DNA from: a virus | Lineage: Duplodnaviria; Caudoviricetes | Reading direction: 5' to 3' (one strand) | DNA length: 24,520 bases | IMG/VR virus record: IMGVR_UViG_3300017714_003003 | Coordinates: 1-24,520 of that record | Shown: positions 9,191-18,064 of the stretch, one piece after another | How the letters are laid out: every line of letters starts with the position of its first letter | Numbering within the stretch: position 1 is the stretch's first letter | Notes under the pieces: generated by a model | The model's input: only the letters and a program-made list of their open reading frames with translations | Told to the model about the DNA's origin: nothing | Databases searched by the model: none | Position numbers and translations under genes: made by a program

Positions 9191-9513
9191 TGAGACTCAA
9201 AGAAATCCAAGAAAACTATATTGCAAAATTGCGTACTGACGCACTTAATCTTCTTGTGAGATTAGTTGCAAAAGGTGATAATGAAATCAATACTGATTCG
9301 ATGTCCAATGAACTTAACAAAATGGGTCATTCCGTGAATGCTAACTCTTTAGCAGATTTGGTAAAAAATATGCCAATGGTTAGAAGTATTAATCAAGATA
9401 AAATTACATTAAAACCAAATTCGAATTTGACACAGTTCTCAAAAGATGCTACAATGGATAATGAAAAGAAAGTTAATAAACTTGCAAAAAAAACCATTGA
9501 TAGAGATCTTTAA
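9190..9513 (+). CDS. hypothetical late protein
   Basis: TAATG-coupled; starts MRLKEIQE. Confidence 0.75.
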   Translation: MRLKEIQENYIAKLRTDALNLLVRLVAKGDNEINTDSMSNELNKMGHSVNANSLADLVKNMPMVRSINQDKITLKPNSNLTQFSKDATMDNEKKVNKLAKKTIDRDL

Positions 9514-9515
9514 TT

Positions 9516-10193
9516 TTGACATTACTAATAGACAAATTTCAATATAAAAAATTACGTAGAACAACAATAGATGGCAAACGTCATTATGTTGGTGAAGACG
9601 GTAATCCGGTTCCTAGTGTTACAACTATACTTTCACACTCAAAAGATATGACAGGACTAAACGCCTGGAAGAAAAGAGTAGGTAAGGCAGAAGCACAACG
9701 CATAGTTACAGAGTCAGCAAACTTAGGTACAGTCACACACAAACATTTAGAATCATATATAGAAGGCGTAGAACGTCCAGCAGGTACTAATCAAGTTTAT
9801 CAACAAGCAAAAGAATTAAGTGATATCATTATTAATAATGGTATGTCTAAAATTAATGAAGTTTGGGGGATCGAGCAGGGGTTGTGTTTTCCTAACTTAT
9901 ATGCCGGAACGGCTGATATGGTTTGCGTTTATGATGGTATACCTGTTATAGGAGACTTTAAAACTAGTCGTAAAGTTAAAAAGAAAGAGTGGATCGAAGA
10001 TTATTTTGTTCAATGTGCCGCTTATGCCCTAGCACACAACGAAGTATACGGTACAGATATACAAGCAGGACTGATATTAATAGTATCACACAGCGGAGAA
10101 TACCAGCAATTTTTAGTCAAAAACGGCGAATTTAAAAAATATACAGATATGTGGCTTGACAAAGTAGAAGCTTTTTACAAAGCTACTAAATAG
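9516..10193 (+). CDS. PD-(D/E)XK exonuclease (RecB/Cas4-like fold)
   Basis: PSVTTIL, GTVTH, YAGTADMV, IGDFKTS, QCAAYA; TTG start uncertain. Confidence 0.85.
   Translation: MTLLIDKFQYKKLRRTTIDGKRHYVGEDGNPVPSVTTILSHSKDMTGLNAWKKRVGKAEAQRIVTESANLGTVTHKHLESYIEGVERPAGTNQVYQQAKELSDIIINNGMSKINEVWGIEQGLCFPNLYAGTADMVCVYDGIPVIGDFKTSRKVKKKEWIEDYFVQCAAYALAHNEVYGTDIQAGLILIVSHSGEYQQFLVKNGEFKKYTDMWLDKVEAFYKATK
10185..10192 (+). promoter_or_regulatory. possible late promoter variant
   Basis: ACTAAATA overlapping the exonuclease stop, upstream of a structural gene. Confidence 0.4.
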
Positions 10194-10216
10194 TATTATA
10201 TTAAGGTTTTAGCAAG

Positions 10217-11527
10217 ATGACAACAACATTTGTAAGATTAAAAAACAGAAGAGGAAATCGTACCGATCTACCCCAGCCACTAGCTGAAGGTGAATTAGGT
10301 CTAGCACTAGATACACGTGAATTGTATATTGGTGGTGGTGACCAATCATCTAAGAATAGAATGGTGCAAGTAGGTAACTTTTTAAATGCACAATCAAGTG
10401 TACAAAGTTTAATTGATACAAGATTAGTTGTTTTTAAAATGGCTTCAACTCAAAGTTTTGTAGGTAACGGATCAGATACGAGTTCAACTGTATTAAATGG
10501 TGGAACAGCTTTGACATTTCCTACTGGCAAAGACACATCAGGGTTTGGTTCTGACAAACTTAACGTATTCAAATACAACATCAATAAATTACCTTCAAAA
10601 ATTTCAACATCAGGTTATTCAGTTAGTGTATCAGGTTCAAATTTAACTGTTACATTTAACTCATCAGGCAAGCCAGAAAACAATTCAGTAATTTGTGTAA
10701 CAAAATGGCTTGATACAGAAATAATAGATTACGTTAAAAAAGCTTATGCAGATGAAATGTCAATTGCCACATCAGCAGTAACACACGCAGTTTCTAAAAC
10801 AGAAGATGTTATTACCTTTAGTGCCACAGGTAAAACAACATATACATTATACATTGACGTATCAAGTGGTACAGGATTTATTGACATAGGAGATCAAGGT
10901 GCTCAACAAGTTGCTAAACAGAATTCATTTGCTACACAATTGGCCGCAGAAAACGGAATTGGATCAGCAGGTGTCAATACAGCAGTTTTCATACGTGGTA
11001 CAATGGCAGGGCTAGGATACACAGCACAAAAAGTTAGTGTACCTGGATCTTTATTGATTGAAACGGATAGTCCGCAACAAGCAGTACTATTAGCTAAATT
11101 TTTAAACACAGCCGTTGGAACAGCGGAAGTGTCAGTAGCAAACAACATTAAAATTTTTACACAAGACAGCAAACCGGAGTTTGCTAACAACCAATATGTT
11201 GGACCAACTTTCTTAATCAAGAAAACTTTAACCAAAGGTGGTGCAACAGCAGATGTTACAAGTTTTTCAGCAACTGAAACTAATACCTACTTTTTAGATT
11301 ATTCATTGAAGATAGGCTCAGCCTATGCCGTAGGTTGTATCAGAATCATATCAGATGGTACTAACGTACACTATATCGATGACAGAACAGAAACAGCAAG
11401 TACAAGTGATGTAGTATTTTCTACACCAGCAGTTAGTGGTGGTATAATCAAGCTACAATACACTAATTCTAATTCTTCCACTGATGCTACCCTATCCTAT
11501 GTTTTAAAACGTTGGTTAACCAGTTAA
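10217..11527 (+). CDS. virion fibre/structural protein
   Basis: N-terminal RRG...LAEGELGLALDTRELYIG motif typical of phage fibre (Mtd N-terminal-like) anchors; S/T/G-rich beta-type body. Confidence 0.7.
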   Translation: MTTTFVRLKNRRGNRTDLPQPLAEGELGLALDTRELYIGGGDQSSKNRMVQVGNFLNAQSSVQSLIDTRLVVFKMASTQSFVGNGSDTSSTVLNGGTALTFPTGKDTSGFGSDKLNVFKYNINKLPSKISTSGYSVSVSGSNLTVTFNSSGKPENNSVICVTKWLDTEIIDYVKKAYADEMSIATSAVTHAVSKTEDVITFSATGKTTYTLYIDVSSGTGFIDIGDQGAQQVAKQNSFATQLAAENGIGSAGVNTAVFIRGTMAGLGYTAQKVSVPGSLLIETDSPQQAVLLAKFLNTAVGTAEVSVANNIKIFTQDSKPEFANNQYVGPTFLIKKTLTKGGATADVTSFSATETNTYFLDYSLKIGSAYAVGCIRIISDGTNVHYIDDRTETASTSDVVFSTPAVSGGIIKLQYTNSNSSTDATLSYVLKRWLTS

Positions 11528-11572
11528 CAAACCTGATAACTAACATTTGTCCACAATATTATTAAATTGTTA

Positions 11573-11601
11573 TTGACAGAATTCGCATTGTCTTGTAGTA
11601 T
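11573..11601 (+). promoter_or_regulatory. sigma70-type promoter for nrdAB
   Basis: TTGACA 11573-11578, 17 bp, TAGTAT 11596-11601. Confidence 0.7.
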
Positions 11602-11636
11602 TGTATGTATAAAGAAATTAAAGAATAGGCAAAAGA

Positions 11637-13967
11637 ATGAACAAAGAAGCAGACCTACATATCGTAAAGAGAGACGGCAGAAAAGAATTACTCGACATCA
11701 ATAAAGTACACAAAATGACAGAAGCGGCCTGTGAAGGATTGACAGGCGTATCGTCATCATTAGTAGAAATGAATTCAGGATTACAGTTTAGTGACGGAAT
11801 GTCAACACAAGATATTCAAGAAGTATTAATTAAATCAGCAAATGATTTGATTACATTGGAAGCACCGAACTACCAGTACGTAGCTTCAAGGCTACTCCTT
11901 TTCTCACTTCAAAAGCACGTTTTTGGAAAATGGTTACCATCAGATAATCACATTCCTTTAAGATACCTAGTATCAAGAAACATAGAACGTGGTGTATATG
12001 ATAAAGCTATTTTAGATCAGTTTAGTGATGACGAATGGAATAAACTAAATGGATATATGAAGCACGAAAGAGATTGGGATTTTACATACGCAGGTCTACG
12101 ACAAGTGGTGGACAAGTACCTTGTACAAGATAGAAGTTCAGGTGCTGTGTACGAAACACCACAATATATGTATATGATGATTGCGGCAACATTATTTTCA
12201 AATTATCCAAAAGATACACGATTACAATATATTAAAAAATATTATAATGCAGTCTCTACTTTTAAAATTAATATACCTACACCTGTAATGGCAGGCGTAA
12301 GAACACCTATGAAGCAATTTGCTTCTTGTGTACTTGTTGAAGTTGATGATACACTTTCAAGTATTTTTTCCAGCGATATGGCGATTGGAAGATATATTGC
12401 ACAAAGAGCCGGCATAGGAATCAACGCAGGACGTATCAGAGGTATTAATTCTAAAATTAGAGGTGGTGAAGTAGCACACACTGGTGTGGTTCCGTTCCTT
12501 AAAAAGTTCGAAGCTACTGTGAGATGTTGTACACAAAATGGTGTACGTGGTGGTAGTGCAACTGTCCACTTCCCAATATGGCATACAGAAATTGAAGATA
12601 TTCTTGTACTTAAAAATAACAAAGGTACAGAAGACAACAGAGTTCGTAAATTAGATTATTCAATACAGATTAGCAAATTATTTTATGAAAGATTATTAGC
12701 AAGTCAAGATATAACTCTTTTTTCACCGCACGAAGTACCAGGATTGTATGATGCGTTTGGAACAGAAGAATTTGATAGTTTATATTTGAAATATGAAAAG
12801 AACAAAAAAATTAGAAAGAAAACAATTCCTGCACAAGAGCTTTTTAACAATTTATTAAAAGAAAGAGCAGAAACTGGTCGTATCTACATTATGAATATAG
12901 ACCATTGCAATTCTCATTCTAGCTTCAAAGACAAAGTTAATATGAGTAACTTGTGCCAAGAAATAACATTACCAACTGTGCCAATCGAACACATTGATGG
13001 TAATGGAGAAATTGCACTTTGTATTCTTTCTGCAATCAATGTTGGAGTAATCAAAGATTTAGATGAACTAGAAAACTTATGTGATCTATCTGTAAGAGCA
13101 CTTGATGAAATTATTGATTATCAAAAGTATCCTGTTAAAGCGGCTGAGATATCTACTAAAGCAAGGAGAAGTTTAGGTATAGGTTACATTGGATTAGCAC
13201 ACTACCTAGCTAAAAATTATGTAGGTTACAGTGATAAAAAAGCCTTGAAAGTTGTACACGAGTTATCTGAAGCATTTCAATATTATCTAATTCAAGCATC
13301 AATGAATCTTGCACAAGAAAAAGGTAAGTGCGAATATTTTGAAAGAACAAAATACGCAGATGGATTGTTACCAATTGACCATTATAAGGCAGACCTAGAT
13401 GAACTCTGCAATACAAAATTAAAATTAAATTGGGAAAAATTAAGAAAACAAGTCAAACAGTTTGGTATGAGAAACTCAACACTATCAGCACAGATGCCTA
13501 GTGAAAGTAGTTCTGTTGTTAGTAATGCTACTAATGGTATTGAACCACCAAGAGGTTACTTGTCAGTTAAAAAAAGTAAAAAAGGACCATTAAAACAGAT
13601 AGTTCCACAGTACAAAACACTAAAAGATTATTATACTTTACTATGGGATATGCCTAGCAATGACGGTTACATTAATATAGTTTCAGTAATGCAGAAGTTT
13701 TTTGATCAAGCAATTAGTGGTAACTGGAGTTATAATCCAACACAATTTGAAAACAACGAAGTACCAATGAGTGTTATGTTTAAAGATTTATTAACAACGT
13801 ATAAATTAGGTTGGAAAACAAGTTATTATCAGAACACATACGATTTTAAAACAGACGCTTCAGTCGAAGTAGAAGTAGCACCGATTCAACAGGCGGCCCA
13901 AGAGTTTGCAAAAGCAAATCTAGAAGTTCGTGCCGAAGATGAAGACTGCGACGCTTGTAATATATAG
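11637..13967 (+). CDS. nrdA: class Ia ribonucleotide reductase alpha subunit
   Basis: ATP cone IVKRDG, QFASC, SNLCQEI, ALCIL, KTSYYQ, C-terminal CDAC. Confidence 0.98.
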   Translation: MNKEADLHIVKRDGRKELLDINKVHKMTEAACEGLTGVSSSLVEMNSGLQFSDGMSTQDIQEVLIKSANDLITLEAPNYQYVASRLLLFSLQKHVFGKWLPSDNHIPLRYLVSRNIERGVYDKAILDQFSDDEWNKLNGYMKHERDWDFTYAGLRQVVDKYLVQDRSSGAVYETPQYMYMMIAATLFSNYPKDTRLQYIKKYYNAVSTFKINIPTPVMAGVRTPMKQFASCVLVEVDDTLSSIFSSDMAIGRYIAQRAGIGINAGRIRGINSKIRGGEVAHTGVVPFLKKFEATVRCCTQNGVRGGSATVHFPIWHTEIEDILVLKNNKGTEDNRVRKLDYSIQISKLFYERLLASQDITLFSPHEVPGLYDAFGTEEFDSLYLKYEKNKKIRKKTIPAQELFNNLLKERAETGRIYIMNIDHCNSHSSFKDKVNMSNLCQEITLPTVPIEHIDGNGEIALCILSAINVGVIKDLDELENLCDLSVRALDEIIDYQKYPVKAAEISTKARRSLGIGYIGLAHYLAKNYVGYSDKKALKVVHELSEAFQYYLIQASMNLAQEKGKCEYFERTKYADGLLPIDHYKADLDELCNTKLKLNWEKLRKQVKQFGMRNSTLSAQMPSESSSVVSNATNGIEPPRGYLSVKKSKKGPLKQIVPQYKTLKDYYTLLWDMPSNDGYINIVSVMQKFFDQAISGNWSYNPTQFENNEVPMSVMFKDLLTTYKLGWKTSYYQNTYDFKTDASVEVEVAPIQQAAQEFAKANLEVRAEDEDCDACNI

Positions 13968-13980
13968 GTAAATATCAAAA

Positions 13981-15081
13981 ATGGCAAAGACAATTTTTAA
14001 CAGAAACGAAATCGATTTCACTAAAGAACCAATGTTCTTTGGAGCGGATCAGAATGTACAAAGATATGATGTATTCAAATATCCACAGTTGGATAAGTTG
14101 AATCAGACAATGTTGGGTTACTTCTGGAGACCTGAAGAAGTTAGTTTACAAAAAGACAGGGTTGACTATTCTACTTTCAGACCTGAACAGAAACACATAT
14201 TCACATCAAACTTAAAATATCAAACACTACTAGATTCAGTACAAGGCAGAGGACCAAGCTTGGCTTTCTTACCTTATGTTTCAAATCCAGAACTAGAAGG
14301 TTGTATTATTACTTGGGATTTCTTTGAAACAATTCACTCACGTAGCTATACACACATTATGAAAAATGTATATGCTAACCCAAGTGAGGTTTTTGACACA
14401 ATATTAAATGATAAAGAAATTGTAAAACGTGCGATATCAGTCACACAGAACTATGATTCATTTAGTGAAGCGGCACTACAATATACAGTAAATGGTAATG
14501 GTGACCTTTATGAGCTTAAGAAAAAATTATACCTTGCGATGGTAAACGTAAACATCTTAGAAGGATTACGTTTCTATGTTAGTTTTGCTTGTACATTTGC
14601 ATTTGGTGAACTTAAACTTATGGAAGGTTCAGCAAAAATAATTTCATTAATTGCTAGAGATGAATCTCAGCATTTAGCACTTACGACACACGTAATTAAA
14701 AATTGGCAACAAGGTGATGATAAAGACTTTACAAAGATTATCAAAGAATGTGATAGTCAAGTATATGATATGTTTAAAACTTGCGTAGATGAAGAAAAGG
14801 CGTGGGCAAAACATTTGTTTAAAGATGGAAGTATTATTGGTTTAAATGATAGACTACTATACAAGTATGTTGAGTTTATTGCCAATAAGCGATTAAAAGC
14901 AATAGGTATGGAGCCAATCTTTGAACAACCAGTAACACAAAATCCATTACCTTGGACTCAGCACTGGTTATCGTCATCAGGGCTACAAGTGGCACCACAG
15001 GAAACTGAAGTAGAAAGTTATATTGTAGGTGGAGTAAAACAAGACGTAGACAAAGATACATTTAAAGGATTTAAATTATAA
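13981..15081 (+). CDS. nrdB: class Ia ribonucleotide reductase beta subunit
   Basis: FWRPEEV, LDSVQ, ETIHSRSY (radical Tyr), LEGLRF, RDESQH, VAPQETE. Confidence 0.98.
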   Translation: MAKTIFNRNEIDFTKEPMFFGADQNVQRYDVFKYPQLDKLNQTMLGYFWRPEEVSLQKDRVDYSTFRPEQKHIFTSNLKYQTLLDSVQGRGPSLAFLPYVSNPELEGCIITWDFFETIHSRSYTHIMKNVYANPSEVFDTILNDKEIVKRAISVTQNYDSFSEAALQYTVNGNGDLYELKKKLYLAMVNVNILEGLRFYVSFACTFAFGELKLMEGSAKIISLIARDESQHLALTTHVIKNWQQGDDKDFTKIIKECDSQVYDMFKTCVDEEKAWAKHLFKDGSIIGLNDRLLYKYVEFIANKRLKAIGMEPIFEQPVTQNPLPWTQHWLSSSGLQVAPQETEVESYIVGGVKQDVDKDTFKGFKL

Positions 15082-15401
15082 TGTTAAAAGAAACAATAAA
15101 AAAAGATGATATCATAGCATTAAAGCTTGTATCTGGAGAAGAAATTATTGCTAAGGTTGTTGTAAATGATGAAACAACTCTTACTGTACAAAAACCATTA
15201 ACACTAATTCATACGCCAAAAGGACTAGCTATGAGTCAGTATATATTAATGCAAGATATGACTCTTCCAGTACAAATTGCTAAAGAGAAAATTATAGTGA
15301 CTACTAGAGCTAACACAATGGCCAGTGAGCAATATACTTCAACTCTGTCTTCAATTAAGAAACCAACACCAGAAGAAAAATCAAGCATAATCACTAATTA
15401 A
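15081..15401 (+). CDS. small beta-rich (Sm-like fold) phage protein
   Basis: LKLVSGEEIIAKV...KPLTL pattern; TAATG-coupled to nrdB. Confidence 0.6.
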   Translation: MLKETIKKDDIIALKLVSGEEIIAKVVVNDETTLTVQKPLTLIHTPKGLAMSQYILMQDMTLPVQIAKEKIIVTTRANTMASEQYTSTLSSIKKPTPEEKSSIITN

Positions 15402-15412
15402 GTAGGTATAAA

Positions 15413-15432
15413 AACAGTATATAAATACTGTT
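15413..15432 (+). promoter_or_regulatory. late promoter inside a perfect inverted repeat
   Basis: AACAGTAT-ATAA-ATACTGTT contains TATAAATA 15420-15427 and ends at the base before ATG 15433. Confidence 0.7.
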
Positions 15433-15717
15433 ATGCCAGCAGTAACAAGATTAGGAGATGTATGCACAGGACACGGATGTTTTCCGTCTAGAGCCAGTGT
15501 GAGTGGATCTCCAACAGTTTTCGTAAATGGAATTCCTGTACACAGACAAGGTGATGCTTGGGACACCCATTGTTGCGTAATATGTCACGGAGGTATATTA
15601 GCCAGTGGTTCGCCGAGTGTGTTTGCTGAAATGATGCAAGTTGGTAGAATAGGTGATCCGGTTGATTGTGGTAGTTCCGTAGCAAGTGGTTCAGGAAACG
15701 TTTTCATAGGAGGATAG
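15433..15717 (+). CDS. PAAR tail-spike tip protein (T4 gp5.4-like)
   Basis: PAVTRLGD, GH, GSPTVFVNGIPVHRQGD, RIGD, GSGNVFIG; His/Cys metal ligands. Confidence 0.93.
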   Translation: MPAVTRLGDVCTGHGCFPSRASVSGSPTVFVNGIPVHRQGDAWDTHCCVICHGGILASGSPSVFAEMMQVGRIGDPVDCGSSVASGSGNVFIGG

Positions 15718-15719
15718 TG

Positions 15720-16652
15720 ATGTCAAAAAATGTTTGGGGTATAGGAAAAGACATATTAAATTTTCCAACTGATATAGTACCAGTATCGAATTTAATGAGT
15801 GACACACAAAAGAATTTAATTAATAGTGGATTGCTCGATCAAGTAGATTTCACAGATCCTTGGGGAAGAAAATCTAAAGCATATCCTGGTTTACAAAATC
15901 CTCACAATGATACTTTAACACAAATTGCTAACGGTTGGAACTCGAGAATGTCAGTTATGCCAGATGGTTGGAATGACAGCAACTATGCCAACAGAGCAGT
16001 GGTAGATGGTTCAGCATTGGGTAATGGAATGAGTTCTAGGAAACTAACTGATACAGAAATTAAAGATATTGGATTTGCAGAAGGTATATTAAAAGACTTC
16101 ACTCACCTGACTAATAGACAATCTGGAATGGATGTTTTGGAATATTCTAATCCAAATAGTATGTGGTCAGCATTAGGAAATACTGACACGTATGGAGCTA
16201 TAGTTGGATTGCCAACAACAGCAAGTTTTCCAAGTGGTATTGTAGTTCCAGGTGTAACAAATTATCTTGGTGTAGCTAGAACTATGAATGAGCTTGGCCA
16301 AATTTTAAGTAACGTTCCAAAAGGATATTCATCAGGTCCTTGTAAATTCATTGAAGATATAATGAATGCCATAATGAAAGGTGGAGCAATATTAAATGAT
16401 ATATTAGCCAAAATACTTGAAGTGCTTGGTATCATTGGTCTTGTAAACTCAATACTTGGAATGATCAGGATGCTGTTAGATATGATACTTGAAGATCTAA
16501 GAACGTTAGGTAGTGCAATTGAAAGAATGAAGCAGGCGGCATTATCTGGATTGTTGGAAGCATTAATGAAAGATCCTTGTATGAAATATCTAATCACGTC
16601 AGGCCTAGCAATAGCTGGTACAGTAGCAATACTAAAAACCACATCACTGTAA
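15720..16652 (+). CDS. hypothetical late protein with hydrophobic helical C-terminus
   Basis: SD AGGAGG favours ATG 15720 (GTG 15717 possible); follows PAAR. Confidence 0.7.
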   Translation: MSKNVWGIGKDILNFPTDIVPVSNLMSDTQKNLINSGLLDQVDFTDPWGRKSKAYPGLQNPHNDTLTQIANGWNSRMSVMPDGWNDSNYANRAVVDGSALGNGMSSRKLTDTEIKDIGFAEGILKDFTHLTNRQSGMDVLEYSNPNSMWSALGNTDTYGAIVGLPTTASFPSGIVVPGVTNYLGVARTMNELGQILSNVPKGYSSGPCKFIEDIMNAIMKGGAILNDILAKILEVLGIIGLVNSILGMIRMLLDMILEDLRTLGSAIERMKQAALSGLLEALMKDPCMKYLITSGLAIAGTVAILKTTSL

Positions 16653-16658
16653 TTTTTC

Positions 16659-16686
16659 TTGTATTTTTTTAAATTTCGTGTATAAT
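16659..16686 (+). promoter_or_regulatory. sigma70-type promoter for tmRNA
   Basis: TTGTAT 16659-16664, 16 bp, TATAAT 16681-16686. Confidence 0.65.
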
Positions 16687-16691
16687 AACTC

Positions 16692-16946
16692 TACAACGTT
16701 GAAGTTGTCGTAATAAATTATATGGACGTGGGGGCAGTACCCACCACCTCCACCATAAACACATTTACCGAGTGTGCTTTTGATGGGGGTGAACCAGGAT
16801 CGACAGTAATTGAAAGGGCAATGGAGTTGTCCGGATGTAAGCTCGGTTAACGCGAACAAATTATAAATGCAGATGAAAATCTAGCACTTGCGGCCTAATA
16901 CGTTAGGCTAACGGGGTCCGGAGGTACCTGGCAACAGAAACCTCCA
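16692..16946 (+). ncRNA. ssrA: circularly permuted (two-piece) tmRNA, alphaproteobacterial type
   Basis: T arm GTGGG-GGCAGTA-CCCAC 16728-16744; acceptor 3' strand CACCTCC-A-CCA 16745-16755 precedes the 5' strand GGGGGTG 16785-16791 (G3:U70); 29 nt intervening segment; GGATCGAC; resume context ATAAAT-GCA; tag ADENLALAA-stop 16869-16898; outer ends approximate. Confidence 0.95.
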
Positions 16947-16968
16947 CTTATTATAGTTGGAGACATAA

Positions 16969-17247
16969 ATGAAAAAAATTAAAAAATTTATAAAAGACAG
17001 TTACACATTTTCACCACTTGCATTTTGGTGTGAAATGGTTGAAGCTATATTTTTAATTTCAGCAAGTGCCATACTGACGTTTACAGTTTTAGATCCTGCA
17101 ACGAGAATTTTTATACCATTATATTTTATTGGTTCTATCTTGGGTGTAGTCAGTGCAGTAATACGTAAAGCGGCCTTTGTAATTGTGTTATGCAGTTGGT
17201 TCACAATAATGAATGCAATAGCATTGATACAGTTGTTTATAATATAG
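16969..17247 (+). CDS. small membrane protein (about 3 TM helices)
   Basis: SD GGAGA; three hydrophobic stretches. Confidence 0.8.
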   Translation: MKKIKKFIKDSYTFSPLAFWCEMVEAIFLISASAILTFTVLDPATRIFIPLYFIGSILGVVSAVIRKAAFVIVLCSWFTIMNAIALIQLFII

Positions 17248-17259
17248 TTAAATAAAGAT

Positions 17260-17640
17260 ATGGCAGAAGTACACAAACATTTAATAATTAGAGCAGAAAC
17301 TAATAAAACACCCTCTGACCCAGCTTGGGCTCATCAGTGGTTAACAAAGTTAGTAAAAAAAATAGGAATGAAAATTTGTCAAGGTCCTATTACTGCCTAC
17401 GTTAATGTTCCAGGTAACAAAGGATTGACTGGATTGGTAGTGATTGAAACATCTCATATTGCTTTGCATTGTTGGGACGAAGAAACACCAGGCCTGGTAC
17501 AACTTGACGTTTACACTTGCGGACCATTGGATGAACAAATTATTTTTAATGAAATAAAAAAGTTTGATCCTGTGTGTGTAGAATACAAGTATTTAGATAG
17601 AAAAAGAAACTTGAAAGAAATTGATGTCAGTAAAAAATAA
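17260..17640 (+). CDS. speD: S-adenosylmethionine decarboxylase proenzyme family
   Basis: HKHLII, GLTGLVVIETSHIALHCW (pyruvoyl-forming Ser), LDVYTCG. Confidence 0.85.
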   Translation: MAEVHKHLIIRAETNKTPSDPAWAHQWLTKLVKKIGMKICQGPITAYVNVPGNKGLTGLVVIETSHIALHCWDEETPGLVQLDVYTCGPLDEQIIFNEIKKFDPVCVEYKYLDRKRNLKEIDVSKK

Positions 17641-18028
17641 AATAGCCGATTGGGGTAAACAATTATCAATACTTGAGGGTATAGATAGATTACAATATCT
17701 AGTTGATCTAGCAGATAAGAAAACAACGCTACCAGCTGAAAAAAGAATCAATGCAAATATGATTCCTGGTTGTATATCACAAATTTGGGTAGACATTAGG
17801 CTAGAAGATAACAAAGTTATTGCAGAATATGATTCTGATGCAATGATAACAAAAGGAATTACAAGTGTAGTGTGTGATTGCTTTACAGGATCTACTAAAG
17901 AAGAAGTTAGTAATATAGTTGTAGAAGACTTTCAAAATCTTAATATCCAACAATTATTAACAGCACAAAGACAAAATGGTTTAGGAAACCTTATCGCTAC
18001 CATCATAAACAAGTCCCAGCAATTATAG
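17624..18028 (+). CDS. sufE: SufE-family sulfur acceptor
   Basis: IPGCISQIW (acceptor Cys), DSDAMITKG, LTAQRQNG. Confidence 0.88.
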   Translation: MSVKNKIADWGKQLSILEGIDRLQYLVDLADKKTTLPAEKRINANMIPGCISQIWVDIRLEDNKVIAEYDSDAMITKGITSVVCDCFTGSTKEEVSNIVVEDFQNLNIQQLLTAQRQNGLGNLIATIINKSQQL

Positions 18029-18064
18029 TAGTAGTTAAGTTTTGGTTAAACACCGTTTAAATAG

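Noticed and set aside
9516-10161. TTGACA hexamers at 9516 and 10156 as promoters
   Set aside because: No acceptable -10 element 16-18 bp downstream
9516-10193. Cas4/CRISPR system
   Set aside because: No Fe-S Cys cluster pattern, no other cas genes and no repeat-spacer array seen; ordinary phage exonuclease
10217-11527. Diversity-generating retroelement suggested by the Mtd-like N-terminus
   Set aside because: No reverse transcriptase or TR/VR repeat pair seen in the window
11551-11598. NrdR boxes upstream of nrdA
   Set aside because: Only half-site resemblances (CACAATAT, TCTTGTA); no convincing tandem palindromes
11637-15081. Intron, intein or homing endonuclease in nrdAB
   Set aside because: Both ORFs are continuous, of normal class Ia length, and only 13 nt apart
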